64,000 bases of DNA from Escherichia coli (GTDB taxonomy: Bacteria; Pseudomonadota; Gammaproteobacteria; Enterobacterales; Enterobacteriaceae). Both the position numbers and the translations under genes were made by a program. Position 1 is the stretch's first letter; the number at the start of each line of letters is the position of its first letter. Positions 1 through 10,122 of the stretch are shown here, piece after piece. The stretch lies in the NCBI RefSeq assembly GCF_965641715.1, contig NZ_OZ282453.1; one strand, 5' to 3'. The notes under the pieces are model-generated. The model ran no database searches. It worked only from the letters and a program-made list of their open reading frames with translations, and had not been told where the DNA came from.

Positions 1-393
1 CACGTAAAAATCGATGTCGCCAGGCTGTTTTCCCGCCAGCGGGCAGGGAACGCCAGGAAAGAGACGAACCGGGCGCAGGTTGACGTACTGGTCGAATTCA
101 CGACGAAATTTCAGCAGCGAACCCCACAACGAAATATGGTCCGGAACGGTGTCCGGCCAGCCGACGGCACCAAAATAGATGGCGTCGAAACGGCTAAGTT
201 GCTCATGCCAGTCGTCCGGCATCATTTTACCGTGATGGCTGTAATACTCGCAGCTCGCCCACTCCATTTGCTCAAAACTCAAGGCGAAGCCCCAGCGCTC
301 AGCGGCAGCCTGTAACACGCGAATCCCTTCAGGAAGGACTTCTTTGCCAATCCCGTCTCCCGGGATCGCAGCAATACGCATCGTTTTCATCAT
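1..393 (-). CDS. dmlA: D-malate dehydrogenase (decarboxylating), 5' portion only; gene runs off the window start
   Basis: Reverse complement of 361-393 translates MMKTMRIAAIP, the DmlA N-terminus; divergent from the LysR regulator gene downstream. Not in the ORF track because it is truncated. Confidence 0.8.
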   Translation of the reverse strand, partial: MMKTMRIAAIPGDGIGKEVLPEGIRVLQAAAERWGFALSFEQMEWASCEYYSHHGKMMPDDWHEQLSRFDAIYFGAVGWPDTVPDHISLWGSLLKFRREFDQYVNLRPVRLFPGVPCPLAGKQPGDIDFYV

Positions 394-495
394 TGGGTTC
401 TCACTTCCTGACCATCAAAATTGACAACATCACCATCCTATAATTGACTGAAAAGGAATTAATCCCTGTAACTGGTGAAACATAAAACACGAATC

Positions 496-1419
496 ATGAA
501 TAATTTACCGCTGCTGAATGATTTGCGCGTCTTTATGCTGGTGGCTCGCCGGGCTGGTTTTGCCGCCGTGGCGGAAGAACTGGGCGTTTCACCGGCGTTC
601 GTCAGCAAGCGCATCGCCTTGCTGGAGCAAACGCTAAACGTGGTGTTGTTACACCGCACCACCCGCCGCGTCACCATTACCGAAGAAGGAGAGCGGATTT
701 ATGAATGGGCGCAGCGGATTTTGCAGGATGTCGGTCAGATGATGGACGAACTTTCTGACGTGCGTCAGGTGCCACAGGGGATGCTGCGTATTATCAGCAG
801 CTTTGGTTTTGGACGACAGGTGGTGGCTCCGGCGTTATCAGCGCTGGCGAAGGCGTATCCGCAACTGGAATTACGTTTTGATGTGGAAGACCGGCTGGTC
901 GATTTGGTCAATGAAGGTGTCGATCTCGATATTCGCATTGGCGATGACATCGCCCCTAATTTAATCGCCCGCAAACTGGCGACCAATTACCGCATTCTCT
1001 GCGCGTCGCCGGAATTTATTGCGCAACATGGCACGCCGAAACATTTAACCGATCTTTCTGCATTGCCGTGCCTGGTCATTAAAGAGCGCGATCATCCTTT
1101 TGGTGTCTGGCAATTACGCAATAAAGAAGGCCACCATGCGATTAAAGTCACCGGCCCACTGTCGTCTAATCATGGAGAAATTGTCCATCAGTGGTGTCTC
1201 GATGGGCAGGGGATTGCTCTGCGTTCCTGGTGGGATGTTAGCGAAAACATTGCCAGTGGTCATTTAGTGCAAGTGCTACCGGAATATTACCAGCCAGCGA
1301 ACGTCTGGGCCGTTTATGTTTCAAGGCTGGCGACGTCAGCGAAAGTGCGGATAACGGTAGAATTTTTACGCCAGTATTTTGCCGAGCACTACCCGAATTT
1401 TTCACTGGAGCATGCCTGA
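496..1419 (+). CDS. dmlR: LysR-family transcriptional regulator of dmlA
   Basis: ORF 475-1419; internal ATG at 496 gives a 307-aa product starting MNNLPLLNDLRVF, with an HTH LysR N-terminus; divergent from dmlA. Confidence 0.9.
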   Translation: MNNLPLLNDLRVFMLVARRAGFAAVAEELGVSPAFVSKRIALLEQTLNVVLLHRTTRRVTITEEGERIYEWAQRILQDVGQMMDELSDVRQVPQGMLRIISSFGFGRQVVAPALSALAKAYPQLELRFDVEDRLVDLVNEGVDLDIRIGDDIAPNLIARKLATNYRILCASPEFIAQHGTPKHLTDLSALPCLVIKERDHPFGVWQLRNKEGHHAIKVTGPLSSNHGEIVHQWCLDGQGIALRSWWDVSENIASGHLVQVLPEYYQPANVWAVYVSRLATSAKVRITVEFLRQYFAEHYPNFSLEHA

Positions 1420-1476
1420 TTAATGATTCAATTATCGGGTTGATATCAGGTTAAAACCTGATTTTCTCCTTTCTAA

Positions 1477-2184
<708 letters not shown>

Positions 2185-2267
2185 TGCTTTCAGCCCGCGT
2201 TGTCGCGGGCTTCCCATCTATAATCCTCCCTGATTCTTCTCTGATATGGTGCTAAAAAGTAACCAAT

Positions 2268-2290
2268 AAATGGTATTTAAAATGCAAATT
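2268..2290 (+). promoter_or_regulatory. Candidate NsrR-type operator in the yeaR promoter region
   Basis: AT-rich imperfect dyad aaatggtatttaaaatgcaaatt about 70 bp upstream of the yeaR ATG; yeaR-yoaG is a known NsrR/NarL-controlled operon. The match to the NsrR consensus is only partial. Confidence 0.3.
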
Positions 2291-2468
2291 ATCAGGCGTA
2301 CCCTGAAACGGCTGGAATAAACCGTTTTCAGCGCATTCACCGAAGGAGGGAAAAGGATGCTTCAAATCCCACAGAATTATATTCATACGCGCTCAACGCC
2401 TTTCTGGAATAAACAAACTGCACCTGCTGGAATATTCGAACGTCATCTTGATAAAGGAACGCGCCCGG

Positions 2469-2478
2469 GGGTTTACCC
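2469..2478. repeat. Left copy of the IS186 target-site duplication (gggtttaccc)
   Basis: Identical 10-mer directly abuts both IS ends; GC-rich target, typical for IS186. Confidence 0.7.
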
Positions 2479-3817
2479 CATAAGCGCTAACTTAAGGGTT
2501 GTGGTATTACGCCTGATATGATTTAACGTGCCGATGAATTACTCTCACGATAACTGGTCAGCAATTCTGGCCCATATTGGTAAGCCCGAAGAACTGGATA
2601 CTTCGGCACGTAATGCCGGGGCTCTAACCCGCCGCCGCGAAATTCGTGATGCTGCAACTCTGCTACGTCTGGGGCTGGCTTACGGCCCCGGGGGGATGTC
2701 ATTACGTGAAGTCACTGCATGGGCTCAGCTCCATGACGTTGCAACATTATCTGACGTGGCTCTCCTGAAGCGGCTGCGGAATGCCGCCGACTGGTTTGGC
2801 ATACTTGCCGCACAAACACTTGCTGTACGCGCCGCAGTTACGGGTTGTACAAGCGGAAAGAGATTGCGTCTTGTCGATGGAACAGCAATCAGTGCGCCCG
2901 GGGGCGGCAGCGCTGAATGGCGACTACATATGGGATATGATCCTCATACCTGTCAGTTCACTGATTTTGAGCTAACCGACAGCAGAGACGCTGAACGGCT
3001 GGACCGATTTGCGCAAACGGCAGACGAGATACGCATTGCTGACCGGGGATTCGGTTCGCGTCCCGAATGTATCCGCTCACTTGCTTTTGGAGAAGCTGAT
3101 TATATCGTCCGGGTTCACTGGCGAGGATTGCGCTGGTTAACTGCAGAAGGAATGCGCTTTGACATGATGGGTTTTCTGCGCGGGCTGGATTGCGGTAAGA
3201 ACGGTGAAACCACTGTAATGATAGGCAATTCAGGTAATAAAAAAGCCGGAGCTCCCTTTCCGGCACGTCTCATTGCCGTATCACTTCCTCCCGAAAAAGC
3301 ATTAATCAGTAAAACCCGACTGCTCAGCGAGAATCGTCGAAAAGGACGAGTAGTTCAGGCGGAAACGCTGGAAGCAGCGGGCCATGTGCTATTGCTAACA
3401 TCATTACCGGAAGATGAATATTCAGCAGAGCAAGTGGCTGATTGTTACCGTCTGCGATGGCAAATTGAACTGGCTTTTAAGCGGCTCAAAAGTTTGCTGC
3501 ACCTGGATGCTTTGCGTGCAAAGGAACCTGAACTCGCGAAAGCGTGGATATTTGCTAATCTACTCGCCGCATTTTTAATTGACGACATAATCCAGCCATC
3601 GCTGGATTTCCCCCCCAGAAGTGCCGGATCCGAAAAGAAGAACTAACTCGTTGTGGAGAATAACAAAAATGGTCATCTGGAGCTTACAGGTGGCCATTCG
3701 TGGGACAGTATCCCTGACAGCCTACAAAACGCAATTGAAGAACGCGAGGCATCGTCTTAACGAGGCACCGAGGCGTCGCATTCTTCAGATGGTTCAACCC
3801 TTAAGTTAGCGCTTATG
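2479..3817 (+). mobile_element. IS186 insertion sequence (IS4 family), about 1.34 kb
   Basis: Terminal inverted repeats cataagcgctaacttaagggttg (2479-2501) and its reverse complement (3795-3817); single transposase ORF inside; flanked by a 10-bp direct duplication. Confidence 0.9.
2534..3646 (+). CDS. insL: IS186 transposase InsL
   Basis: ORF 2528-3646; internal ATG at 2534 gives 370 aa, MNYSHDNWSAILAHIG...; lies inside the inverted-repeat-bounded element. Confidence 0.9.
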   Translation: MNYSHDNWSAILAHIGKPEELDTSARNAGALTRRREIRDAATLLRLGLAYGPGGMSLREVTAWAQLHDVATLSDVALLKRLRNAADWFGILAAQTLAVRAAVTGCTSGKRLRLVDGTAISAPGGGSAEWRLHMGYDPHTCQFTDFELTDSRDAERLDRFAQTADEIRIADRGFGSRPECIRSLAFGEADYIVRVHWRGLRWLTAEGMRFDMMGFLRGLDCGKNGETTVMIGNSGNKKAGAPFPARLIAVSLPPEKALISKTRLLSENRRKGRVVQAETLEAAGHVLLLTSLPEDEYSAEQVADCYRLRWQIELAFKRLKSLLHLDALRAKEPELAKAWIFANLLAAFLIDDIIQPSLDFPPRSAGSEKKN

Positions 3818-3827
3818 GGGTTTACCC
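3818..3827. repeat. Right copy of the IS186 target-site duplication (gggtttaccc)
   Basis: Direct repeat of 2469-2478 immediately after the right inverted repeat. Confidence 0.7.
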
Positions 3828-4068
3828 ACGCCTTTCCGTTATGCATGGGGCGGTCAAATATCTCGGCTACGCTGATGAACACAGTGCAGAGCCTGATCAG
3901 GTGATCCTTATCGAAGCGGGGCAGTTTGCGGTGTTCCCTCCAGAAAAGTGGCACAACATTGAAGCCATGACTGACGATACTTATTTCAACATTGACTTCT
4001 TCGTGGCTCCTGAAATCCTGATGGAAGGTGCGCAACAACGGAAAGTCATTCATAACGGGAAATGAATC

Positions 4069-4251
4069 ATGGGCAAAGCAACGTATACCGTGACCGTCAC
4101 CAATAACAGCAATGGCGTTTCTGTCGATTATGAAACAGAGACGCCGATGACTTTGCTGGTGCCAGAAGTGGCGGCTGAAGTGATAAAAGATCTGGTGAAT
4201 ACCGTGCGTTCTTATGACACGGAAAACGAACATGATGTTTGTGGTTGGTAA
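4069..4251 (+). CDS. yoaG: DUF1869 small protein, second gene of the yeaR-yoaG operon
   Basis: 60-aa ORF MGKATYTVTVTNNSNG... directly downstream of yeaR. Confidence 0.85.
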   Translation: MGKATYTVTVTNNSNGVSVDYETETPMTLLVPEVAAEVIKDLVNTVRSYDTENEHDVCGW

Positions 4252-4398
4252 TTATCACTGATCGTTGATGGCGCAATTTCTGCGCCATCGCAAAATAATC
4301 CTCCGTGATGCTCGTCACAAATCTTGCCCTCCCGATGTTGTGCTATGCTTTTTATCAGCGACTAACCCGCTAATGCAAAACAGATAAGTGAGGAAACA

Positions 4399-4647
4399 AT
4401 GGGCATTCTGTCATGGATTATTTTTGGGCTTATTGCCGGTATTCTGGCGAAGTGGATCATGCCAGGTAAAGATGGTGGTGGATTCTTTATGACTATCCTG
4501 CTGGGGATAGTCGGTGCCGTAGTCGGCGGATGGATCAGCACGCTGTTTGGCTTTGGTAAAGTTGATGGCTTCAATTTTGGCAGCTTCGTGGTTGCCGTTA
4601 TTGGTGCGATTGTCGTGCTATTTATCTACAGGAAGATTAAAAGTTAA
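4399..4647 (+). CDS. yeaQ: GlsB/YeaQ/YmgE-family small membrane protein
   Basis: 82-aa glycine-rich two-TM ORF; good RBS (gaggaaaca) upstream. Confidence 0.85.
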   Translation: MGILSWIIFGLIAGILAKWIMPGKDGGGFFMTILLGIVGAVVGGWISTLFGFGKVDGFNFGSFVVAVIGAIVVLFIYRKIKS

Positions 4648-4661
4648 CGCTTAAATTGCAC

Positions 4662-4696
4662 AAAGGCTGCACACAGGCAGCCTTTGCTATTTTTTA
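4662..4696 (+). terminator. Rho-independent terminator after yeaQ
   Basis: Hairpin aaaggctgc / gcagccttt followed by a T-run. Confidence 0.6.
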
Positions 4697-4705
4697 GAGG
4701 TGACG

Positions 4706-4780
4706 TTACCACCATCCCAGCTCAGTGCCGAGTACGACAATAATCGCCACACCCATCATAATAATCGTTGTTTTTTTCAT
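4706..4780 (-). CDS. yoaJ: Small hydrophobic protein (24 aa)
   Basis: Reverse-strand ORF MKKTTIIMMGVAIIVVLGTELGWW; below the ORF-track size cut-off, read by hand. Confidence 0.5.
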   Translation of the reverse strand: MKKTTIIMMGVAIIVVLGTELGWW

Positions 4781-4782
4781 CT

Positions 4783-4881
4783 TTATGCTCCCGGGGCAGC
4801 ATAGCCGCCAATAAAAAACCATGCTAAAAATACGACCGCTGTAATGAAGATTACAACCGGAAAAATAATACCGATTCGCAT
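4783..4881 (-). CDS. yoaK: Small hydrophobic protein (32 aa)
   Basis: Reverse-strand ORF MRIGIIFPVVIFITAVVFLAWFFIGGYAAPGA; read by hand. Confidence 0.5.
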   Translation of the reverse strand: MRIGIIFPVVIFITAVVFLAWFFIGGYAAPGA

Positions 4882-4913
4882 GTTATCACCAATCAAAAGG
4901 ATGTGAATACGCC

Positions 4914-5939
4914 TCAGGAATGTAGCGCTGGATGCGTGACAAAAGGTGTTTTCTGTTTGTGTTTTTTCTCCTGATACATCGCGATATCGGCAGCATGCAG
5001 GGCACTGTCTGCATCGGTCGTTTCAGGATCGACTTCTACTATGCCAAGACTGGCACCGGGATAATACAAATCAACATCACCTAAGTGATATTCTCCACGT
5101 ATTTGCTGTTGAATACGTTCTCGCAGCGACGAAATATCCGCATTCTCGTTGTTTAGTGAAACAACCAAAAACTCATCACCACCGAGACGACCAATAACTT
5201 CGCCATTTTGCTGGAGCGTATTAAGGCGCTCGCCAACCTGAATGAGAAACAGATCGCCACTATTATGACCAAAACGATCATTGATTAATTTGAAGTTATC
5301 CAGATCGATAAACGCGATCATTATCTTATGGTTAAGATGCCGGGCGAGGGAAAACAGCGTCGTCAGATTTTCAAAAATCGCCCGCCGATTCGGTAGCCCG
5401 GTTAACGAGTCGGTATACGATTGCGCAATCAGCGCAGCATTGGCTTCGCGCAGCTGTTCAACCAGTGCCTCTTTTTGAATATATTGTGCAATCAGTCCGG
5501 CGAATAACTGTAAAACCTGTTCCGCGCGTTCACTCCACTGGCGCTTCTCACTGCTGGCGGCGCAAAGCGTGCCATAGAATGATCCATCCGGTAAGTGAAT
5601 TGGCGTGCTCAGAAATGTGGTGATGCCAAGATTGCGTGCCGCAATACAGTCGCCCCAACGGTCAGGGACTTCATCGCTGAAAAAGCAGTTTTCATCAATG
5701 GCGCGTTTGCATAACGAGTAATCCCACGAGACGGTAAAATTCTCCGGGATGTGCATTTTCTGGCTGTTACGGGCAAACATAATATGCTGCAGGCGCGCTT
5801 CGACATCCACTTTGGTCAGGTAGGTTGATTCCATATCAGTGACCATTTCCAGCATCTCCAGAAGCTGTCGGACCAGACTTTCCAGTGACTGTTCTTTGGC
5901 AAGGGATTGCGAGACGCGGGCGATAATCTGATCTGACAC
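4914..5939 (-). CDS. dgcP: Diguanylate cyclase with GAF-like N-domain and GGDEF domain
   Basis: ORF 4914-6068 trimmed to the GTG at 5939 (341 aa, MSDQIIARV...); RLGGDEF motif present. Confidence 0.9.
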   Translation of the reverse strand: MSDQIIARVSQSLAKEQSLESLVRQLLEMLEMVTDMESTYLTKVDVEARLQHIMFARNSQKMHIPENFTVSWDYSLCKRAIDENCFFSDEVPDRWGDCIAARNLGITTFLSTPIHLPDGSFYGTLCAASSEKRQWSERAEQVLQLFAGLIAQYIQKEALVEQLREANAALIAQSYTDSLTGLPNRRAIFENLTTLFSLARHLNHKIMIAFIDLDNFKLINDRFGHNSGDLFLIQVGERLNTLQQNGEVIGRLGGDEFLVVSLNNENADISSLRERIQQQIRGEYHLGDVDLYYPGASLGIVEVDPETTDADSALHAADIAMYQEKKHKQKTPFVTHPALHS

Positions 5940-6121
5940 GGAACAACTCCAGGATACGGCGGGTAAATGCTGATTATTTAATCTTTGCAGGCATGATAAA
6001 ACATCATCAACAAAGATGAAACAAGACGTAATATGTTTTGAGTGAATGTAATAAAAATAGTGCTGCAAAACAAAACGATACCGCGATACTCTAAGCTTGG
6101 ATACATATGTGAGATCAATAA

Positions 6122-6376
6122 ATGAAAATTATCAGTTTTGTTCTGCCTTGCTTGCTGATCCTAGCTGGTTGTTCAACCCGTTCTCAGCCAGAAGCACCTA
6201 AACCGCCGCAGATTGGTATGGCAAATCCGGCGTCGGTCTATTGCCAGCAGAAGGGCGGGACGCTCATTCCAGTGCAGACAGCGCAAGGGGTCAGCAACAA
6301 TTGCAAATTACCGGGTGGTGAAACGATTGATGAATGGGCATTGTGGCGACGGGACCATCCGGCTGGTGAAAAATAA
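6122..6376 (+). CDS. yoaF: DUF333 lipoprotein
   Basis: 84-aa ORF with a lipobox signal peptide (LLILAGCSTRS). Confidence 0.85.
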   Translation: MKIISFVLPCLLILAGCSTRSQPEAPKPPQIGMANPASVYCQQKGGTLIPVQTAQGVSNNCKLPGGETIDEWALWRRDHPAGEK

Positions 6377-6397
6377 CCGCCGGATGCCGTACTAAAA

Positions 6398-6745
6398 TCA
6401 CAAGCTACGTAGCCAGTCGGCCAGCACCAGCGCATGGTTCTGCGTGGCGTTTTTTGCTGAGTAGAGCAGGGTCAGCGGCTGTTTTTTGGCGATGTCCGCT
6501 AGCCGCTTTCCTTCTTGCTCGTGTTGCGCCAGTTCTGCAAGATATTGCTCGCGAAAGGTTGCAAAATCGACGACTTCGCCGTGAAAGGCTTTGCGCAGTT
6601 CCGTTGACGGCGTGATTTCTTTATCCCACTCATCAAGGGCTAAATCGGTTTTTTTGATACCGCGCGGCCAGAGGCGGTCGACCAGTATGCGATAACCATC
6701 GCTCTGTTCTGCCGGATCATAAACGCGTTTGCACTGAATATTCAT
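6398..6745 (-). CDS. yeaO: DUF488 protein
   Basis: ORF 6398-6766 trimmed to the internal ATG (115 aa, MNIQCKRVYD...). Confidence 0.85.
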   Translation of the reverse strand: MNIQCKRVYDPAEQSDGYRILVDRLWPRGIKKTDLALDEWDKEITPSTELRKAFHGEVVDFATFREQYLAELAQHEQEGKRLADIAKKQPLTLLYSAKNATQNHALVLADWLRSL

Positions 6746-6799
6746 CGTGTTTGTTCTCCCTTTCACGCATGATTTGTCACGTCACTATAGCACCGGATA

Positions 6800-7981
6800 T
6801 TAGCGAATTTCTTTGTCTCTTCCGGCGCAAAGTCCGAAAATCGCCATCAGTAGTGAAAGTATTGCAACACCCATCAGTGGTACGGACCAGTCACCGTTAG
6901 CATCGTGCATTTTACCCATCAGCGGCGGCCCACAGGCTGCCAGCAAATACCCGACGGATTGTGCCATCCCCGAGAGTGCCGCCGCCTGATGCGCAGAACT
7001 TGCCCGAAGACCAATGAACGTCAACCCCAGTATCATTGTTGCGCCGGAACCAAAACCGAAAAGCAGAGTCCAGGTGATCGCATGCGCTGGCATAAAGCAG
7101 AGCCCAACCGCGCCCACTGCGCACATCAAGGCAACGAACGCTGCAATACCACGCTGATCTTTCACATGATGTAAGAAAAGTGGGATCAGCAAACCGGGCG
7201 CTGCTGTGGCTAGTTGCAGCAAACCATGCAGTGAACCCGCCTGTGCTTCGCTATAGCCGTGACTGATGAGGATCGCCGGAAGCCAGCCAATAATCACGTA
7301 ATAGATCAGTGAGTTGATCCCAAGAAACAATGTTACCTGCCAGGCAAGCGGCGAACGCCAGATACCCCGAGTATGTAAGGCGCGCGAGGTACTCAAATTT
7401 GCATGTTGTTGGCTTCGCCACTGTGGCAGCCATAAAAAAAGAGCCAGCAGAGGAAAACACATCAGCATGAGCAACGCGCCTTGCCAGCCAAAACCGTTCA
7501 AAGCCAGCGGCACTACCATAGCCGATCCCAGAGCCGCCGCAGCTCCCATTGTCAGGGAATATGCGCCGGTAAGTCTGGCGACGGAATGAGGGAAATCGCG
7601 TTTAATTAATCCTGGCAGTAAGACATTACCTAATGCAATCCCACCGCCAATGACCGCTGTACCGCCAAATAATAAGTAAGGCGAAGGGAGAGAGCGAATT
7701 GCGATACCTGCACAGATCAAAAGTAACGCGGCAAACAGGCTACGTTCCATACCAAAACGTCGCGCCACCGGGGCAGCCAGAGGTGAGATTAGCGCAAAGG
7801 CCAATAATGGCAGGGTGGTCAATAAGCCGGTTTGCGCAGTCGTCAGCGAGTAAGCGGAACGAATCGTATCGAGTAACGGTGCTGCGCCGGTGAAGGTGAC
7901 GCGTAATGTAGTGGCAATCATCAGAATGCCAGCGATAAGGACAATCCTGTTTTTGCCGCTTAATGAAGTTGAACAGGTCAT
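6800..7981 (-). CDS. yeaN: MFS transporter (2-nitroimidazole exporter NimT)
   Basis: 393-aa, 12-TM-like ORF; divergent from the AraC regulator yeaM. Confidence 0.85.
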   Translation of the reverse strand: MTCSTSLSGKNRIVLIAGILMIATTLRVTFTGAAPLLDTIRSAYSLTTAQTGLLTTLPLLAFALISPLAAPVARRFGMERSLFAALLLICAGIAIRSLPSPYLLFGGTAVIGGGIALGNVLLPGLIKRDFPHSVARLTGAYSLTMGAAAALGSAMVVPLALNGFGWQGALLMLMCFPLLALFLWLPQWRSQQHANLSTSRALHTRGIWRSPLAWQVTLFLGINSLIYYVIIGWLPAILISHGYSEAQAGSLHGLLQLATAAPGLLIPLFLHHVKDQRGIAAFVALMCAVGAVGLCFMPAHAITWTLLFGFGSGATMILGLTFIGLRASSAHQAAALSGMAQSVGYLLAACGPPLMGKMHDANGDWSVPLMGVAILSLLMAIFGLCAGRDKEIR

Positions 7982-8077
7982 ATGCTTCTCATTGTTACAA
8001 ACGAGGCTGTACCTTACCGTTTTTATTGTTATGTTGAATCAAGCTAAAATGACAAATTATCGCTAAATTCGGACAAA

Positions 8078-8899
8078 ATGATGCACAGGTTGAATCTCAA
8101 TGGCTATGAACCCGACCGACACCATGAAGCCGCGGTCGCATTTTGTATTCACGCCGGAACGGATGAGTTAACCAGTCCTGTACATCAGCACCGCAAAGGA
8201 CAGCTGATACTGGCGCTACATGGTGCAATTACCTGTACGGTGGAAAATGCTTTGTGGATGGTGCCGCCACAATATGCGGTTTGGATACCGGGCGGGGTGG
8301 AACATAGCAATCAAGTGACAGCTAACGCTGAACTCTGTTTTCTGTTTATCGAACCCAGCGCAGTGACAATGCCGACAACATGTTGCACATTGAAAATATC
8401 GCCCTTATGCCGGGAATTGATTTTAACCCTGGCAAACAGGACGACGACTCAGCGTGCTGAGCCGATGACCCGCAGATTAATTCAGGTCCTGTTTGATGAA
8501 CTCCCTCAGCAGCCACAACAACAGCTGCACCTGCCCGTTTCTTCTCATCCTAAAATCCGCACGATGGTGGAGATGATGGCGAAAGGGCCCGTCGAGTGGG
8601 GGTCATTGGGGCAATGGGCTGGCTTTTTTGCGATGAGTGAACGCAATCTTGCCCGACTGATAGTAAAAGAGACGGGGTTGAGTTTTCGCCAGTGGCGTCA
8701 GCAGTTACAGCTGATTATGGCGCTTCAGGGATTAGTGAAAGGCGATACTGTACAGAAAGTTGCTCATACGCTGGGGTATGATTCAACAACGGCCTTTATT
8801 ACTATGTTTAAGAAAGGCCTGGGGCAAACGCCAGGCCGATATATTGCGGGATTAACTACTGTTTCCCCACAATCAGCGAAACCAGACCCGCGGCAATAA
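8078..8899 (+). CDS. yeaM: AraC-family transcriptional regulator (NimR)
   Basis: 273-aa ORF with a cupin-like N-domain and AraC HTH C-terminus. Confidence 0.85.
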
Positions 8900-9302
8900 G
8901 CGGGCCAACCGGTACGCCGCGAAACAGCGCCACGCCTAAAACAGTGCCCACCAGCAGCCCGGCGACCAGTTGCGGCTGGCTGCCCATTAACGTCACGCCG
9001 CGCCCACCCAGCCAGGAGACAATAACGCCTACTGCAATTGCCACCAGCGATTTCCAGTTCAGAAACGAGTGAATCAGGGTTGAGGGTGGTAGCGTCCCGC
9101 TGGCGATGGGGGCCATAACGCCAATCGTCAGAATGATTATCCCGATACTTAGCCCCTGTTTTTCAATCCACGGGAAAAAGGTGCTTAACGGTGTGACGCG
9201 GACAATGATCAACACCAGAATTGAAACGGCGACAGTGGTGTTATGACTGATAAAGCCCAGCGCAGCTAACCCGAGCAGGATCAGCAAAGTGACATCAAAC
9301 AT
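8856..9302 (-). CDS. yeaL: DUF441 inner-membrane protein
   Basis: 148-aa hydrophobic ORF; its 3' end overlaps the yeaM 3' end by about 44 bp. Confidence 0.85.
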
Positions 9303-9471
9303 CGTGGTTTCCTTGCCAAAAAATAATAAGCCTGCTTACTTTACGCTTGCTGCAGGAAGGAAGTAGAAAATCTTTACGTTTTTTGCATAAAAAATCAGGC
9401 GAACTGTCATCAAACTGCCATTTGTGCACGCTAACAATAACGTGAAAACAGCTATCTCCCGGGGGCATACT

Positions 9472-9576
9472 ATGAACGATCAAATGTTCGTCGAGACACT
9501 GATTATCACGTCATCGTTTTTTGCCATTGCGGTTGTGCTGGTTTTGTCCGTTCTGCTTATTGAACGGACAGGCTAG
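9472..9576 (+). CDS. yoaI: Small membrane protein (34 aa)
   Basis: [37 protein letters not shown], read by hand; abuts the yeaK stop. Confidence 0.5.
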   Translation: MNDQMFVETLIITSSFFAIAVVLVLSVLLIERTG

Positions 9577-10080
9577 TTACGCAGTGCGGCGGAAATTGAT
9601 CAGTTCTGGTTGCGCAATGCGCAAATAATCCGCGGTTTTCAAAATAACGGATTTATCCAGCATCCCTGCATTGAAGGCGATTTCATCAAATCGTTCGAAG
9701 AGTAGGGGGTCGGCAACCAGTTTGAGTTTTGGATGGAAGCTGAAAGGGGGGATCGCGCCGAAGACACAGCCTGTGAGTTCATCGACTTCCGCCGGGCTGG
9801 CCAACGAAGCGCGTAATCCGCCTATATGGCTGGCGAGTTGGCTCAGATCGGCCTGTTGATCGGCAGCGAGGATCGCCAGAACATGTTGATTTACGCCATT
9901 GCCTTTGACTTTACATACCAGTGCCTTAGCACCCTGGCCTAGAGCGGTGCCACGAATTTCTGACACCGCTTCACATTTACCTACCGCTTCATGGGTAACG
10001 ACGCGGAAATCAGCACCTTCTTGTGATAATAAAGCGATTAACCGCTGATGCGTCACGCTTCCTTTAGCCATTTCAGTCAT
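9577..10080 (-). CDS. yeaK: YbaK/ProX-type aminoacyl-tRNA deacylase
   Basis: 167-aa ORF; synteny. Confidence 0.85.
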   Translation of the reverse strand: MTEMAKGSVTHQRLIALLSQEGADFRVVTHEAVGKCEAVSEIRGTALGQGAKALVCKVKGNGVNQHVLAILAADQQADLSQLASHIGGLRASLASPAEVDELTGCVFGAIPPFSFHPKLKLVADPLLFERFDEIAFNAGMLDKSVILKTADYLRIAQPELINFRRTA

Positions 10081-10122
10081 TTCACGCTCCTGAGATTACA
10101 AGCAAACAACCACAGAAGGTTA

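Larger units (their letters stand above)
2357..4065 (+). pseudogene. yeaR: yeaR (DUF1971 protein) interrupted by IS186; 5' fragment 2357-2478, 3' fragment 3828-4065
   Basis: ATG at 2357 encodes MLQIPQNYIHTRSTPFWNKQ...GVYP (40 codons) and then runs into the IS. The same frame resumes after the right-hand duplication and joins ORF 3841-4065; 40+79 codons = 119 aa, the intact YeaR length. Confidence 0.85.

Noticed and set aside
2958-3266. 102-aa ORF on the minus strand inside IS186
   Set aside because: Embedded antisense within the transposase gene; IS186 is known to have spurious opposite-strand frames. No independent start signal.
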